A stretch of DNA of 64,000 bases, taken from positions 2,848,040 through 2,912,039 of the forward strand of contig OZ241868.1 in the NCBI GenBank assembly GCA_965202905.1, written 5' to 3'. A model generated the notes under the pieces. It was not told where the DNA came from and made no database searches. It worked only from the letters and a program-made list of their open reading frames with translations. Made by a program: the position numbers and the translations under genes. This document shows positions 1 to 10,359 of the stretch, in pieces. Source of the DNA: Alphaproteobacteria bacterium (lineage in GTDB: Bacteria; Pseudomonadota; Alphaproteobacteria; MPNO01). How positions within the stretch are numbered: position 1 is the stretch's first letter; each line of letters starts with the position of its first letter.

Positions 1-373
1 CAACTTCCTGCCCGAGCGCCAGACCGACTTCATCTTCACCATGCTGGCCGAGGAGTTCGGGCTGCTCGGCGGGCTCGGCCTGCTCGGGCTGTTCCTCTTG
101 CTGCTCGCCTACGGCGTCGCGATCTCGGTCCGCGTACGCAACCAGTTCGGCCGGATCGTCGGCATGGGCGTCACGGTGACGGTCTCGCTCTACGTGTTCA
201 TCAACATCGCCATGGTGATGGGCCTGGTCCCGGTGGTCGGCGTGCCCCTTCCGCTGATCTCGTATGGCGGCACTGCGATGCTGTCGGTGATGATCGGATT
301 CGGCCTGCTGCTTTCGGCCAGCATCCACCGCGACGTGAGCATCGGAAAGTCCGGCGTGTTCGAGGATTGCTGA
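1..373 (+). CDS. rodA: Rod shape-determining protein RodA (SEDS family), 5'-truncated by window edge
   Basis: Frame reads FLPERQTDFIF...PVVGVPLPLISYGGTA, SEDS family motifs; hydrophobic. Confidence 0.9.
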   Translation, partial: NFLPERQTDFIFTMLAEEFGLLGGLGLLGLFLLLLAYGVAISVRVRNQFGRIVGMGVTVTVSLYVFINIAMVMGLVPVVGVPLPLISYGGTAMLSVMIGFGLLLSASIHRDVSIGKSGVFEDC

Positions 374-438
374 GCGGCGTCCGGCCCGCGCGCTCTGGCC
401 AACCCGGCCCGGTTTTGCTATAAGCCCCTCCCCGTGGC

Positions 439-514
<76 letters not shown>

Positions 515-581
515 ATTAAACCAAGGCGCGATCCGCAGGACGACGACCGGGCGGCCGCGCGACTCCCTGCCGCGCGATGCG

Positions 582-1469
582 CTACATCGACAGCCGCTGC
601 TCGACCGCAGCCGCGCGGATCGCCTTCTGGATCTTCTCGAAGGCGCGGACCTCGATCTGGCGGATCCGCTCGCGCGAGACCCCGAACTCGCCGCTGAGCT
701 CCTCCAGCGTGGCCGGCTCCTCGCTTAGGCGGCGCACTGTCAGGATCCGCCGCTCGCGCTCGTTGAGCTGGCGCAGCGCGTTGCCGAGGAGCCCGCGCCG
801 GCGCTCGTACTCTTCGACCTCGGCGAGCCTTGTCTCCTGGGAGTCCGAGTCGTCGACCAGCCAGTCCATCCACTCGCCCTCGCCGTCCGCGCGGAGCGGC
901 GCGTTGAGTGAGTTGTCCGGCGCGGCCATGCGTCGGTTCATCTGGACGACGTCATTCTCGGAGACGTTGAGCCGCTGGGCGATCTCGGCGACGTTATCGG
1001 GGTCGAGATCGCCGTCCTCGATCGCCTGGATCTCGCCCTTGATGCGGCGTAGGTTGAAGAACAGCTTCTTCTGCGCCGCGGTCGTGCCGATCTTGACCAG
1101 CGACCAGGAATGCAGGATGTATTCCTGGATCGCCGCGCGGATCCACCACATCGCATAGGTCGCCAAGCGGAAGCCGCGGTCGGGATCGAACCGCTTGACC
1201 GCCTGCATCATGCCGACATTGCCTTCGGAGATCAGCTCGCCGAGCGGCAGCCCGTAGCCGCGGTAGCCGGTCGCGATCTTGGCGACCAGGCGCAAATGGC
1301 TGGTCACCAGCCGGTGCGCCGCCTCGGCGTCGCCATCTTCGCGCCAGCGCTTGGCCAGCATGAATTCCTCGTTCGGCTCCAGAAGCGGGAATTTGCGGAT
1401 GTTCTGCAAATAGCGCGACAGGTTGCTCTGCGGGTCGAGCTGCGGGACGCTGGGCAGGCTTGCGGTCAT
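582..1469 (-). CDS. rpoH: RNA polymerase sigma-32 factor RpoH
   Basis: RpoH box QKKLFFNLR, region 2 GFRLATYAMWWIRA, region 4 VSRERIRQIE; start set at MTASL. Confidence 0.95.
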   Translation of the reverse strand: MTASLPSVPQLDPQSNLSRYLQNIRKFPLLEPNEEFMLAKRWREDGDAEAAHRLVTSHLRLVAKIATGYRGYGLPLGELISEGNVGMMQAVKRFDPDRGFRLATYAMWWIRAAIQEYILHSWSLVKIGTTAAQKKLFFNLRRIKGEIQAIEDGDLDPDNVAEIAQRLNVSENDVVQMNRRMAAPDNSLNAPLRADGEGEWMDWLVDDSDSQETRLAEVEEYERRRGLLGNALRQLNERERRILTVRRLSEEPATLEELSGEFGVSRERIRQIEVRAFEKIQKAIRAAAVEQRLSM

Positions 1470-1589
1470 ACGCCCTTTCTCTTTCGCTTCGCTCCGGCTC
1501 CTCGCGCGCGCCTCTGCCGGAGCCTGCGGCTGCGAATCCTTCATCGAAGCCCATCCTGCTTGAGAAATGGCGTCGCGCCCGACAACATT

Positions 1590-2624
1590 CTAGACCCTGT
1601 CCAAAACTTTCACTAATTCGCTCAAATCAAACGGAATTTCGGCAACAAAGTGCATCCTGCGACCGGTCTCCGGGTGGACGAAGCCCAGGCGGTGGGCATG
1701 GAGCGCCTGCCGTTGGAGCGCACCCACCACGCGCGCGGCGGCTTTATCGGCAACCAGGGCACGCCGGGCTGGGGTCAAGCCGCCGCCGTAGGCGGCATCG
1801 CCGATCACCGGCAGGCCCAGATGCGCAAGGTGAACACGAATCTGGTGGGTTCGACCCGTCGCGAGACGGCATTCGAGAACGCTCGCGGCTGGCCCCAGCG
1901 GGCGGAGCCGCCGCCAGCGCGTCAGCGCCGGGCGGCCGCCGGCCGGCAGCACGGCCATCTTCTTGCGGTTGCGCGGGTTGCGCCCGATACGACCTTCGAT
2001 CGCGCCCTCGGCGCGGTGCGGCCGGCCCCAGACGAGCGCGGTATAGCCGCGGTCGATCGTGCGCGCCTTGAACTGGTCGGACAGCGCGGCGTGGCAGCGG
2101 TCGGTCTTGGCGATGACCATCAGCCCGCTGGTCAGCTTGTCCAACCGGTGGACGACGCCCGGCCGGCGCACCCCGCCGATCCCCGACAGGCTCGCCCCGC
2201 AATGGGCGATCAGCGCGTTGACCAGCGTTCCCGTCGCATTGCCGGGTGCGGGATGAACGACCAGGCCGGCTTGCTTGTCCACCACGATCAGGTCCGCGTC
2301 CTCGTAAACGATGGCCAGCGGGATCGCCTCGCCCGCCGGCTCCGGCAGCGTAGAGTCCGGTAGAAAAACGGCGAAAATTTGACCCGATTTGACCCGATGG
2401 CCCGATTTGACCCGATGGGAGAGCCCGGTTATCGTCCGCGCGCCGTCGGCGGGATCGCCCGCGAGGCTGACATGGCCGGCCTCGATCAGGGCCTTTACCC
2501 GTGTGCGCGACAGAGTCGGCAGCGCCCCGGCCAGCACCCGGTCGAGCCGGTCGCCCGCCGCGTCCGGAGGCGCCGCGACGATGTGGCGGCCGCCGCTTTC
2601 CGGACCGTCCGATCGGTCTTCCAT
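1590..2624 (-). CDS. rluD: RluA/RluD-family 23S rRNA pseudouridine synthase
   Basis: S4 domain, VHRLDKLTSG catalytic motif, TGRTHQIRVH; usual rluD-rpoH adjacency. Confidence 0.9.
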   Translation of the reverse strand: MEDRSDGPESGGRHIVAAPPDAAGDRLDRVLAGALPTLSRTRVKALIEAGHVSLAGDPADGARTITGLSHRVKSGHRVKSGQIFAVFLPDSTLPEPAGEAIPLAIVYEDADLIVVDKQAGLVVHPAPGNATGTLVNALIAHCGASLSGIGGVRRPGVVHRLDKLTSGLMVIAKTDRCHAALSDQFKARTIDRGYTALVWGRPHRAEGAIEGRIGRNPRNRKKMAVLPAGGRPALTRWRRLRPLGPAASVLECRLATGRTHQIRVHLAHLGLPVIGDAAYGGGLTPARRALVADKAAARVVGALQRQALHAHRLGFVHPETGRRMHFVAEIPFDLSELVKVLDRV

Positions 2625-2645
2625 GGGAGAGAGTGAGCACAATCC

Positions 2646-2933
2646 ATGAGGGCGCTCAAGGCTCTTGTCATCGGCATGGGGGTGCTGATCGTCGCCGGGC
2701 TGGCGGCGGTCGCGTTCGCCATCGCTAACCACGTCGGTACGCGCGCGCCGGCCGAGACCGCCGCGCCCTTGCTCATCCCGCCCGGCGCGGAGATCCTCGA
2801 AACCGACCTCGAACGCGCGGCCATCGCGCTGCGCCTGCGCCTTGCCGACGGCACGATCGCGATCCACGTCCACGACCGCGCAAGCGGCCGGCGTATCGGC
2901 GCCTACCCGATTGCGCCCGCCGGCGGCCCTTGA
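2646..2933 (+). CDS. Small membrane-anchored hypothetical protein
   Basis: N-terminal TM helix MRALKALVIGMGVLIVAG; divergent from rluD. Confidence 0.7.
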   Translation: MRALKALVIGMGVLIVAGLAAVAFAIANHVGTRAPAETAAPLLIPPGAEILETDLERAAIALRLRLADGTIAIHVHDRASGRRIGAYPIAPAGGP

Positions 2934-2975
2934 TCCCCGAGGCCGGGCGCGCTAACATTATGCGAGCGTCGCGAT

Positions 2976-3051
2976 GTCCCCTTCGTCTAGTGGCCCAGGA
3001 CATCGGCCTCTCACGCCGAAAACAGGGGTTCGAGTCCCCTAGGGGACGCCA
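2976..3051 (+). tRNA. tRNA-Glu (CTC)
   Basis: GTCCCCT/AGGGGAC acceptor stem, anticodon CTC, GTTCGAGTC, CCA end. Confidence 0.97.
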
Positions 3052-3415
3052 TTCCGCCCGGAAGCTGAACGAACCAACGAAAACAATGCTTCGCGGACAG
3101 GCGTCGATTGGCCGTACCACACACCCCGGCCGCACGCGTCGGCCCCACACCGAAGCCGGTGCCAGAGCGGCAATGACGGCGTCGCGCCGAACGATCGCCG
3201 TCAGGCAACCAAGGGAAATTACAGACTCGGGTTGGCGCGCTCGCCCCGATCCGCACCGGATCGGCGGGCGGCCGCGGCCGCCCGGGGCGCGGGCGGTCCG
3301 GCAGTTCCGGCCGTCATCGCGCGTCGTTAGCCGGAGCTTGACAAACACCCGCGATAAGGGACAAAGACCTGGAACCGGTACGATTTTCCGCCGCCCGCGG
3401 AGCCCGCCACGTTCC

Positions 3416-4213
3416 ATGAAAACCGATTATGTCCTGCCAGACCCGGCCGACGACTGGGCGTTGTTCCTCGATGTCGACGGGACGCTGCTCGAAATCGCTG
3501 ACCGGCCGGATTCGGTGTGCGTGGACCCGCGCCTGCTGTCCATCCTGTCCGCGCTGCCCGGACGGTTCGACGGCGCGCTGGCGCTGGTGAGCGGCCGGTC
3601 GCTGGAAACCCTGGACCGGTTCTTCGCGCCGCTGAAGCTCATCGCCGCCGGGCTGCACGGGCTGGAGCGGCGCAACCGGGACGGCGTTATCCATCGCGTG
3701 GCGTTCGATCGGACCGGCGCCGCCGAGGCCCGCGCCGCGCTGTCCGCCTTCGCCGCGGACGACGCCCGGCTGATGATCGAGGATAAGGGGGCGGCGATCG
3801 CGCTTCACTACCGCGGCGCCCCCGAGCGCGGGCCGCAATGCGAACGATTCGTCGCCGGGCTGGCGGGCCGGCTCGGCCCAGGCTTCGTCCTGCAGCGCGG
3901 CAAGATGGTCCTGGAGATCCGCCCGTGCGGGCCGGACAAGGGTGATGTCGTGACCGCGTACTGCGCCGAGCCGCCGTTCGCCGGCCGGCGTCCGGTATTC
4001 ATCGGCGACGACGTCACCGACGAAGATGCGTTTCGCGCGGTCAATCGGGCTGGCGGGCATTCGATTCGGGTCGGCGCGCCGAGCGTCGGCGAGGCGGTCT
4101 GGCATGTCGCCAGCGTCGGCGCGCTGCGCGCCTGGCTTGCCGGCGTCGCCGGGCTCGAGTGCGTCGGGGGCGAACCCGACAGGCCCGGCGCGCGCCTGGA
4201 CGCAGCGACGTGA
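3416..4213 (+). CDS. otsB: Trehalose-6-phosphate phosphatase
   Basis: HAD motifs FLDVDGTL, SGR, IGDDVTDEDAF; start at MKTDY. Confidence 0.92.
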   Translation: MKTDYVLPDPADDWALFLDVDGTLLEIADRPDSVCVDPRLLSILSALPGRFDGALALVSGRSLETLDRFFAPLKLIAAGLHGLERRNRDGVIHRVAFDRTGAAEARAALSAFAADDARLMIEDKGAAIALHYRGAPERGPQCERFVAGLAGRLGPGFVLQRGKMVLEIRPCGPDKGDVVTAYCAEPPFAGRRPVFIGDDVTDEDAFRAVNRAGGHSIRVGAPSVGEAVWHVASVGALRAWLAGVAGLECVGGEPDRPGARLDAAT

Positions 4214-5988
4214 GCACACTCGATCTCGCCGTCATCGGCAATTGCAGCTTCAGCGCGCTCATTGACCGCGAGGCGAACATCGTGTGGTCCTGCGTGCCGC
4301 GGTTCGACGGCGATCCGGTGTTCTGCTCGCTGCTCGACGGCGCCGACGGGATCGGCCATTTCGATATCGTTCTGGACGACTTCGCGCGCTCGGAGCAGCA
4401 TTATTTGCACAACACGGCTCTGCTGGTGACCACGCTCTATGACAGCCACGGCTCGGCGGTCGAGATCACCGACTTCGCGCCGCGCTTCAAGCAGCACGGC
4501 CGGCTCTATCGTCCGGTGATGATCGTTCGCCAGCTCTGCCCGGTGATCGGCAACCCGCGCATCCGCATCCGTCTGCGTCCGGCCTCGGATTACGGCAGCC
4601 GGCGCCCCGAACTGACCCACGGCAGCAATCACGTCCGCTACGTCCTGTCGACCGCGACGCTGCGGCTGACCACCGACGTGCCGCTCTCCTTCCTGCTGGA
4701 GGAAGTCCCCTTCGTGCTGGAGGAAAGCTGCACGCTGCTGCTGGGGCCGGACGAGACGCTGAACCGGCCGATCGCCGAGGCCGGCCGGACCTTCCACGAG
4801 GAGACCGCGGACTACTGGCGCGAATGGACCCGGTTCCTGTCGCTGCCCTTCGAGTGGCAGGCCGAGGTCATCCGTGCGGCCATCACGCTGAAGCTGTGCA
4901 GCTTCGAGGAGACCGGCGCGATCATCGCCGCGATGACCACCTCGATCCCCGAGGCGCCGGATAGCGGGCGCAACTGGGACTACCGCTATTGCTGGCTGCG
5001 CGACTCCTATTTCGTCGTCCACGCGCTGAACCGCCTGGGCGCGACCCGGACGATGGAGGATTTTCTCCGCTACATCACCAACGTCGCGGCCTCGGCCGAT
5101 AGCGGGCACTTGCAACCGGTCTACAGCATCACCCTGGGCGCAAGGCTGATCGAGCAGGTCCAGACCGCGTTGGTCGGATACCGCGGCATGGGGCCGGTTC
5201 GCGTCGGCAACCAGGCCTACGAGCATTTGCAGAACGACGTTTACGGCAGCGTGATCCTCGCCGCCGCCCAGATGTTCTTCGATCAGCGCCTGGCGCAGCC
5301 CGGCAACGTGCGCATCTTCGAGCGGCTGGAATCGATTGGCGAGCAGGCGGTTCAGGTTTACGACCGGCCCGACGCCGGGCTTTGGGAATTCCGCTCGATC
5401 GCCAAGGTGCACACGTTCTCGGCCGTGATGTGCTGGGTCGCCTGCGACCGGCTGGCGCGCATCGCGGCCCGGCTGGGACTCGACGCCCGCGTCGGATACT
5501 GGCGCGGCCACGCCGACGAGATGCACGCGACGATCTGCCGGAACGCCTGGAACGCCGGGATGAACTCCTTCGCGGAGGGCTTCGGCGGCGCCGATGTCGA
5601 TGCGAGCCTGCTGCTGCTCGGCGACCTGGGCTTCGTCGAGGGATGCGATCCCCGCTTCGTCGGCACCGTCGAGGCGGTCGAATCGGCGCTGCGCGCGGGC
5701 GACTACCTGTTCCGCTACCGCACCGAGGACGATTTCGGGACCCCGGAGACCTCGTTCACGATCTGCACGTTCTGGTACATCGACGCGCTGGCGACGATAG
5801 GGCGGCGCGACGAGGCGCGGCGGTTGTTCGAAAATATCCTGTCCTGCCGCAACCATGTCGGGTTACTGTCGGAAGATTTGAACCCAAGCACCCGGGAGCT
5901 GTGGGGCAACTTCCCCCAGACCTACTCGATGGTCGGCATGATCTCCTCTGCGATGCGGTTGAGCAAACCCTGGGAGGAGGCTTTTTGA
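4210..5988 (+). CDS. Glycoside hydrolase family 15 (trehalase/glucoamylase-like)
   Basis: RNWDYRYCWLRD, GLWEFR, LLSED, GNFPQTYS; GTG start overlaps otsB stop. Confidence 0.92.
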   Translation: MSTLDLAVIGNCSFSALIDREANIVWSCVPRFDGDPVFCSLLDGADGIGHFDIVLDDFARSEQHYLHNTALLVTTLYDSHGSAVEITDFAPRFKQHGRLYRPVMIVRQLCPVIGNPRIRIRLRPASDYGSRRPELTHGSNHVRYVLSTATLRLTTDVPLSFLLEEVPFVLEESCTLLLGPDETLNRPIAEAGRTFHEETADYWREWTRFLSLPFEWQAEVIRAAITLKLCSFEETGAIIAAMTTSIPEAPDSGRNWDYRYCWLRDSYFVVHALNRLGATRTMEDFLRYITNVAASADSGHLQPVYSITLGARLIEQVQTALVGYRGMGPVRVGNQAYEHLQNDVYGSVILAAAQMFFDQRLAQPGNVRIFERLESIGEQAVQVYDRPDAGLWEFRSIAKVHTFSAVMCWVACDRLARIAARLGLDARVGYWRGHADEMHATICRNAWNAGMNSFAEGFGGADVDASLLLLGDLGFVEGCDPRFVGTVEAVESALRAGDYLFRYRTEDDFGTPETSFTICTFWYIDALATIGRRDEARRLFENILSCRNHVGLLSEDLNPSTRELWGNFPQTYSMVGMISSAMRLSKPWEEAF

Positions 5989-7382
5989 GCCGCCTGGTCG
6001 TCGTCTCCAACCGCGTCGCCCCGATTGTCGAGGGCAAGACCGCCGCGGGGGGCTTGGCGGTCGCGGTCCTGGCGGCGCTCAAGGAAGATGGCGGGATCTG
6101 GTTCGGCTGGAACGGCGAGGTGGTCGGCGCCGCGCCGCCCAAGCCCGACCTGACCCAGTTCGACACGCTGACTTACGCCACCATCGGCATGATCCGGCGC
6201 GATTACAACGAGTACTATAACGGCTTCGCCAACTCGACCCTGTGGCCGCTGTTCCACTACCGGCTGGATCTCGCCAGGTTCTCGCGGCGCAACTTCACCG
6301 GCTACCTGCGGGTCAACGCCAACTTCGCGAAGGCGCTCTACCCGCTGCTCCGGATCGATGACAGAATCTGGGTGCATGACTATCACCTGATACCGATGGG
6401 ACAGGAGCTGCGCCGCCTGGGCTGCCGCCAGCCGCTCGGCTTTTTCCTGCACACGCCGCTGCCGGCGCTGGAGATCCTGCTGGCGCTGCCGCAGCACGAG
6501 AAGCTCATGCGCGCGATCTGCGCTTACGATCTGGTCGGCTTCCAGACGATGAACGATCTGGCGGCCTTCCACGACTACATCGTGCTGGAGGCCGACGGCG
6601 AGGTACTGGACGGCGGCTTGGTGCGCGCCTTCAGCCGCACGCTGCGTACCGAGGTCTTCGCCATCGGCATCGATACCGAGGAGGTGGAGACCCTGGCCGG
6701 GGAGGCCGACCGCACCGAGGAGCGGGCCCGTCTGATGACCACGCTCCACGGCCGCTCGATGATCATCGGCGTCGACCGGCTGGACTACTCGAAGGGCCTC
6801 GTCGAGCGCTTCCGCGCCTTCGAGCGGATGCTGGAGGTCTATCCCAGGGAGCGCGGCAAGGTGACCTTGATGCAGGTCGCCCCGCCCTCGCGGCCTGGCG
6901 TCGGCGGCTACAACGAGATCCGCCAGGCGCTGGAAACCGCATCGGGCAACATCAACGGCCGGTTCTCCGACTTCGACTGGGTGCCGATCCGCTACCTCAA
7001 CAAGAGTTTCGAGCGGGCCGTGCTGTGCTGCTTATACCGCGAAAGCCGGATCGGGCTGGTCACGCCGCTGCGCGACGGGATGAATCTGGTCGCCAAGGAA
7101 TATGTCGCCGCCCAGCGGGCCGACGACCCGGGCGTCCTGGTGCTGTCGCGGTTCGCCGGGGCCGCGCACGAGCTCGACGGCGCGCTGATCGTCAACCCCC
7201 ATGACGTCGACGAGGTCGCGCACGCCCTGTACCAGGCGCTCAAGATGCCGCTGGCGCAGCGTCAGAGCCGGCACATGACGATGCTGCGCGCGCTGCGCCG
7301 GCGCAACGTCCATGAATGGCGCAAGAACTTCCTCGCCGCGCTCGACGGCGCCCCGCGAGAAGAAACCGCGCAAGCCTCCTGA
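5985..7382 (+). CDS. otsA: Trehalose-6-phosphate synthase
   Basis: LVVVSNR, AGGLA, WVHDYHL, VDRLDYSKG, DGMNLVAKEY; TTG start. Confidence 0.95.
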   Translation: MSRLVVVSNRVAPIVEGKTAAGGLAVAVLAALKEDGGIWFGWNGEVVGAAPPKPDLTQFDTLTYATIGMIRRDYNEYYNGFANSTLWPLFHYRLDLARFSRRNFTGYLRVNANFAKALYPLLRIDDRIWVHDYHLIPMGQELRRLGCRQPLGFFLHTPLPALEILLALPQHEKLMRAICAYDLVGFQTMNDLAAFHDYIVLEADGEVLDGGLVRAFSRTLRTEVFAIGIDTEEVETLAGEADRTEERARLMTTLHGRSMIIGVDRLDYSKGLVERFRAFERMLEVYPRERGKVTLMQVAPPSRPGVGGYNEIRQALETASGNINGRFSDFDWVPIRYLNKSFERAVLCCLYRESRIGLVTPLRDGMNLVAKEYVAAQRADDPGVLVLSRFAGAAHELDGALIVNPHDVDEVAHALYQALKMPLAQRQSRHMTMLRALRRRNVHEWRKNFLAALDGAPREETAQAS

Positions 7383-7392
7383 GATCCGGCGC

Positions 7393-8361
7393 ATGCAGAC
7401 GTCCGAGCCGGTGCGTGGCCTTATCGGCGATGTCGGCGGCACCAACGCCCGCTTCGCCCTGGTCGGCGGCGCGGGCGTACCCGACGATGTGCTTGTCCTG
7501 TCCTGCGCGGCGTTCTCCGGGCTGGAGGCGGCGATCGCCGCCTATCTCGACCGCATCGCCCCGCCGGCGGTCCCGAAGCGGGCCGCGATCGCCATCGCCT
7601 CGCCGATCGACGGCGACCGGGTGCGCATGACCAACCGCCCGTGGTCATTCTCGGTCGAGGAAACCCGTGCGAATCTGGGCCTGGACTCGCTCCGGGTCGT
7701 CAACGACTTCACCGCGATAGCGCTCGCCGCGCCTCGCCTCGCCCCGAACGAGAGGCGGGTGATCGGCGACGGTCGGGAGCGGCCCGGCGCGCCGATCGCC
7801 GTTCTCGGACCGGGCACCGGCCTCGGCGTATCCGGCCTGATCCCCGACGCGGACGGCGGCTGGATCCCGCTTGCGACCGAAGGCGGCCATGCGACGCTGG
7901 CGGCTGCCGACGATCGCGAGCGGGCGGTCGTCGCGGCGCTGGCTCGAAAATTCGGCCACGTCTCGATCGAGCGCGCGGTCTCGGGCGCCGGGCTGGTCAA
8001 CCTCGCTTGCGCGATCGCCGAGATCGACGGCAAGCCGGCGGCGCGCGGAGATCCGGCGCGGATCGCCGCGGCCGCGCCGTCCGATCCGGTCGCGCGCGAG
8101 GCGCTGGAGATGTTCGCCGCCATGCTGGGGACCGCCGCCTCCAACCTGGCGCTGAGCCTCGGCGCGCGCGGGGGCGTCTATATCGGCGGCGGCGTCGTGC
8201 CACGCCTGGGGCCGGCGTTCGCCGACGAGCGGTTCCGCACGCGCTTCGAAGACAAGGGTCGGTTCCGCGGCTATCTGGCCGGAATTCCCACCTATGTCAT
8301 CACCCGGCCGGAACCGGCGTTGCTCGGCCTGGCGACGCTCGCCGCTACGCCTGGAAAGTGA
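7393..8361 (+). CDS. glk: Glucokinase
   Basis: GDVGGTNARFAL, VVNDF, GPGTGLG, TEGGH. Confidence 0.92.
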   Translation: MQTSEPVRGLIGDVGGTNARFALVGGAGVPDDVLVLSCAAFSGLEAAIAAYLDRIAPPAVPKRAAIAIASPIDGDRVRMTNRPWSFSVEETRANLGLDSLRVVNDFTAIALAAPRLAPNERRVIGDGRERPGAPIAVLGPGTGLGVSGLIPDADGGWIPLATEGGHATLAAADDRERAVVAALARKFGHVSIERAVSGAGLVNLACAIAEIDGKPAARGDPARIAAAAPSDPVAREALEMFAAMLGTAASNLALSLGARGGVYIGGGVVPRLGPAFADERFRTRFEDKGRFRGYLAGIPTYVITRPEPALLGLATLAATPGK

Positions 8362-9223
8362 CTGTCGCCGATTGGGCGATCACGCCACCCGGCGAGACGG
8401 CCCAGAGCTTCGCCGACCCCGACCCCGGGTCGGGCGCGCCGGCAACGGTGAATGGCGCGGCGTCGTAGAGCGGAGACCGCGCCCGGACGGCGAAGCTCTT
8501 CAACCGCGCCGCCGGCCGCTCGCGACGGAACAGGTCGAGCAGCAGCGTCGCGATCAGATTGCCGTGGACCATGAGCCCGGGATAGCCCTCGACGCCGGTG
8601 ACGTAATCGCGGTCGTAGTGGATCCGGTGGCTGTTCATCGTCAGCGCCGAATAGCGGAACAGCAGGACCGGGTCGGGGCGAATCTCGCGCCGCCAGACGG
8701 CTTGTGCCGGCGGCCCGTCGGTACGCCGGTCGGTACGGGCCGCCGGCGCCGCGCCGACGGCCGCCGACAGGCCGCGATAGACGGTGTCGTGGTCCTCGAC
8801 CGTCGTGAGCCCGTCGGGGCCGAAGATCTCGTGCCGGACGGTAACGAAGCACAGCGCCCCGGCGCGGCCCTCCTTCAGCGCCACATCGGCGATGGTCGAG
8901 ACCCGCCGGACTTCCTGCCCGACCCGCAGCGGCTGCCGAAAGGACATTTCCACGCCCGCCCACATGCGGCGCGGCAGCGGCGCTGCCGGCATGAAGCCGC
9001 CCTTGGCCGCATGGCCGTCGGGGCCGGTCTCCGACAGCTTCACGACTTCGGGAAAATAGCACCAGTGCCAGCCGGGCGGGATCTCATCGCCGTTTCCGAG
9101 CGGTCGGTCGTCGCGGTCAAGGGTCGCGGCCAGGATGTCGGCCGGCGCGGCGGTGATCAGCCCGGTCACGGTCCGGCTGCGGCCGATCCAGTCTTTGGTG
9201 GCCTGGAGCGTGGCGTCGATCAT
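8345..9223 (-). CDS. MaoC/hot-dog (R)-enoyl-CoA hydratase (itaconyl/mesaconyl-CoA hydratase-like)
   Basis: GPDGH...PLPRRMWAG, LFRYSALTMNSHRIHYD, YPGLMVHG. Confidence 0.8.
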   Translation of the reverse strand: MIDATLQATKDWIGRSRTVTGLITAAPADILAATLDRDDRPLGNGDEIPPGWHWCYFPEVVKLSETGPDGHAAKGGFMPAAPLPRRMWAGVEMSFRQPLRVGQEVRRVSTIADVALKEGRAGALCFVTVRHEIFGPDGLTTVEDHDTVYRGLSAAVGAAPAARTDRRTDGPPAQAVWRREIRPDPVLLFRYSALTMNSHRIHYDRDYVTGVEGYPGLMVHGNLIATLLLDLFRRERPAARLKSFAVRARSPLYDAAPFTVAGAPDPGSGSAKLWAVSPGGVIAQSATVTFQA

Positions 9224-10359
9224 GCGGCGAACTCCTTGCGCAGGGCGGCGGAATGCTGGCCGGCCTCGGGCACCGGGCCCAACGCACGCACCGTGCGATC
9301 GATCCGGGCCGGCGGGGCGACGAGGTCGGCCACGCCGCCGGGAATGCCGACGCCGATCCGGCGCAGCGCCGGATGGCGCGCGAGTCCGGCGACATCGTTG
9401 ACCTCGCCGAAGGCGATCCGCGCCCGCCCGAGCCGCTCGATCAGCGCCGACCGGTCGATCGCGCGGAACGCTTCGGTCAGGATCGCATCGAACGGCTCGC
9501 GGTTGCCGAGCCTGGCGAGGTTGCTCTCGAACCGCGGGTCGCGCGGCAGGTCCGGCCGCTCCAGCACGTCGGCGCACAGCCGGACGAACTCGCGCTCGTT
9601 CTGGATCGCGATCAGGATCGGCGCGCCGCCCTTGGTCGGGTAGGCGCCGTAGGGGTGGATCGAGGGATGGTTCATGCCGATCCGCGGCGGCCCCTTGCCG
9701 TCGGCCTCCCAGTGGAACAGCGGTACGGTCATCCAATCGGCCATGCCGGCAAAGAGCGACGTATCGATGCCGTACCCCTTGCCGGAGACGCCGCGCGCGA
9801 TCAGCGCCTCGAGGATGGCCATGTAGGAGTACATGCCGCAGCCGATATCGCACACCGACACGCCCACCCGGCCCGGCGCTTCGGCCGCGCCGGTGACCGA
9901 GCACAGCCCGCTCTCGGCCTGGACCAGAAGGTCGTAGGCTTTCATGCCGGCGTATGCGCCCTCCTCGCCATAGCCGCTGATATCGAGGGTGATCAGCCGC
10001 TCGTTACGCCGCCGCAGCGCGGCCGAACCGAAGCCCGCGCGCGCCGCCGCGCCCGGCGCGAGGTTCTGGACGAACACGTCCGCGCGGTCGATCATCCGGT
10101 GCAGCAGGGCTTGGTCGCGCGCGTCCTTGATGTCGGCGACCAGCGATTCCTTGCCGCGGTTGAGCCAGACGAAATAGGCGCTCTGGCCGCCCGCGAACCG
10201 GTCGTAATGCCGCGCGAAGTCGCCGCCCTCGCGCTCGATCTTGATCACCCGCGCCCCGGCGTCGGCCAGCCGCGAAGAACAATACGGCGCGGCCACGGCC
10301 TGCTCCAGGGTCACCACCAGAAGCCCGTCGAGCGGCGCCGTCCCGGGCGCCGCCGTCAA
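9220..10359 (-). CDS. CaiB/BaiF family III CoA transferase
   Basis: LEQAVAAP, LADAGARVIKIE, LNRGKES, KAYDLLVQAESG; TTG start. Confidence 0.9.
   Translation of the reverse strand: MTAAPGTAPLDGLLVVTLEQAVAAPYCSSRLADAGARVIKIEREGGDFARHYDRFAGGQSAYFVWLNRGKESLVADIKDARDQALLHRMIDRADVFVQNLAPGAAARAGFGSAALRRRNERLITLDISGYGEEGAYAGMKAYDLLVQAESGLCSVTGAAEAPGRVGVSVCDIGCGMYSYMAILEALIARGVSGKGYGIDTSLFAGMADWMTVPLFHWEADGKGPPRIGMNHPSIHPYGAYPTKGGAPILIAIQNEREFVRLCADVLERPDLPRDPRFESNLARLGNREPFDAILTEAFRAIDRSALIERLGRARIAFGEVNDVAGLARHPALRRIGVGIPGGVADLVAPPARIDRTVRALGPVPEAGQHSAALRKEFAA

Noticed and set aside
2976-3415. Genomic island integrated at tRNA-Glu or tRNA-Lys
   Set aside because: No integrase and no duplicated tRNA 3' end seen in the window.
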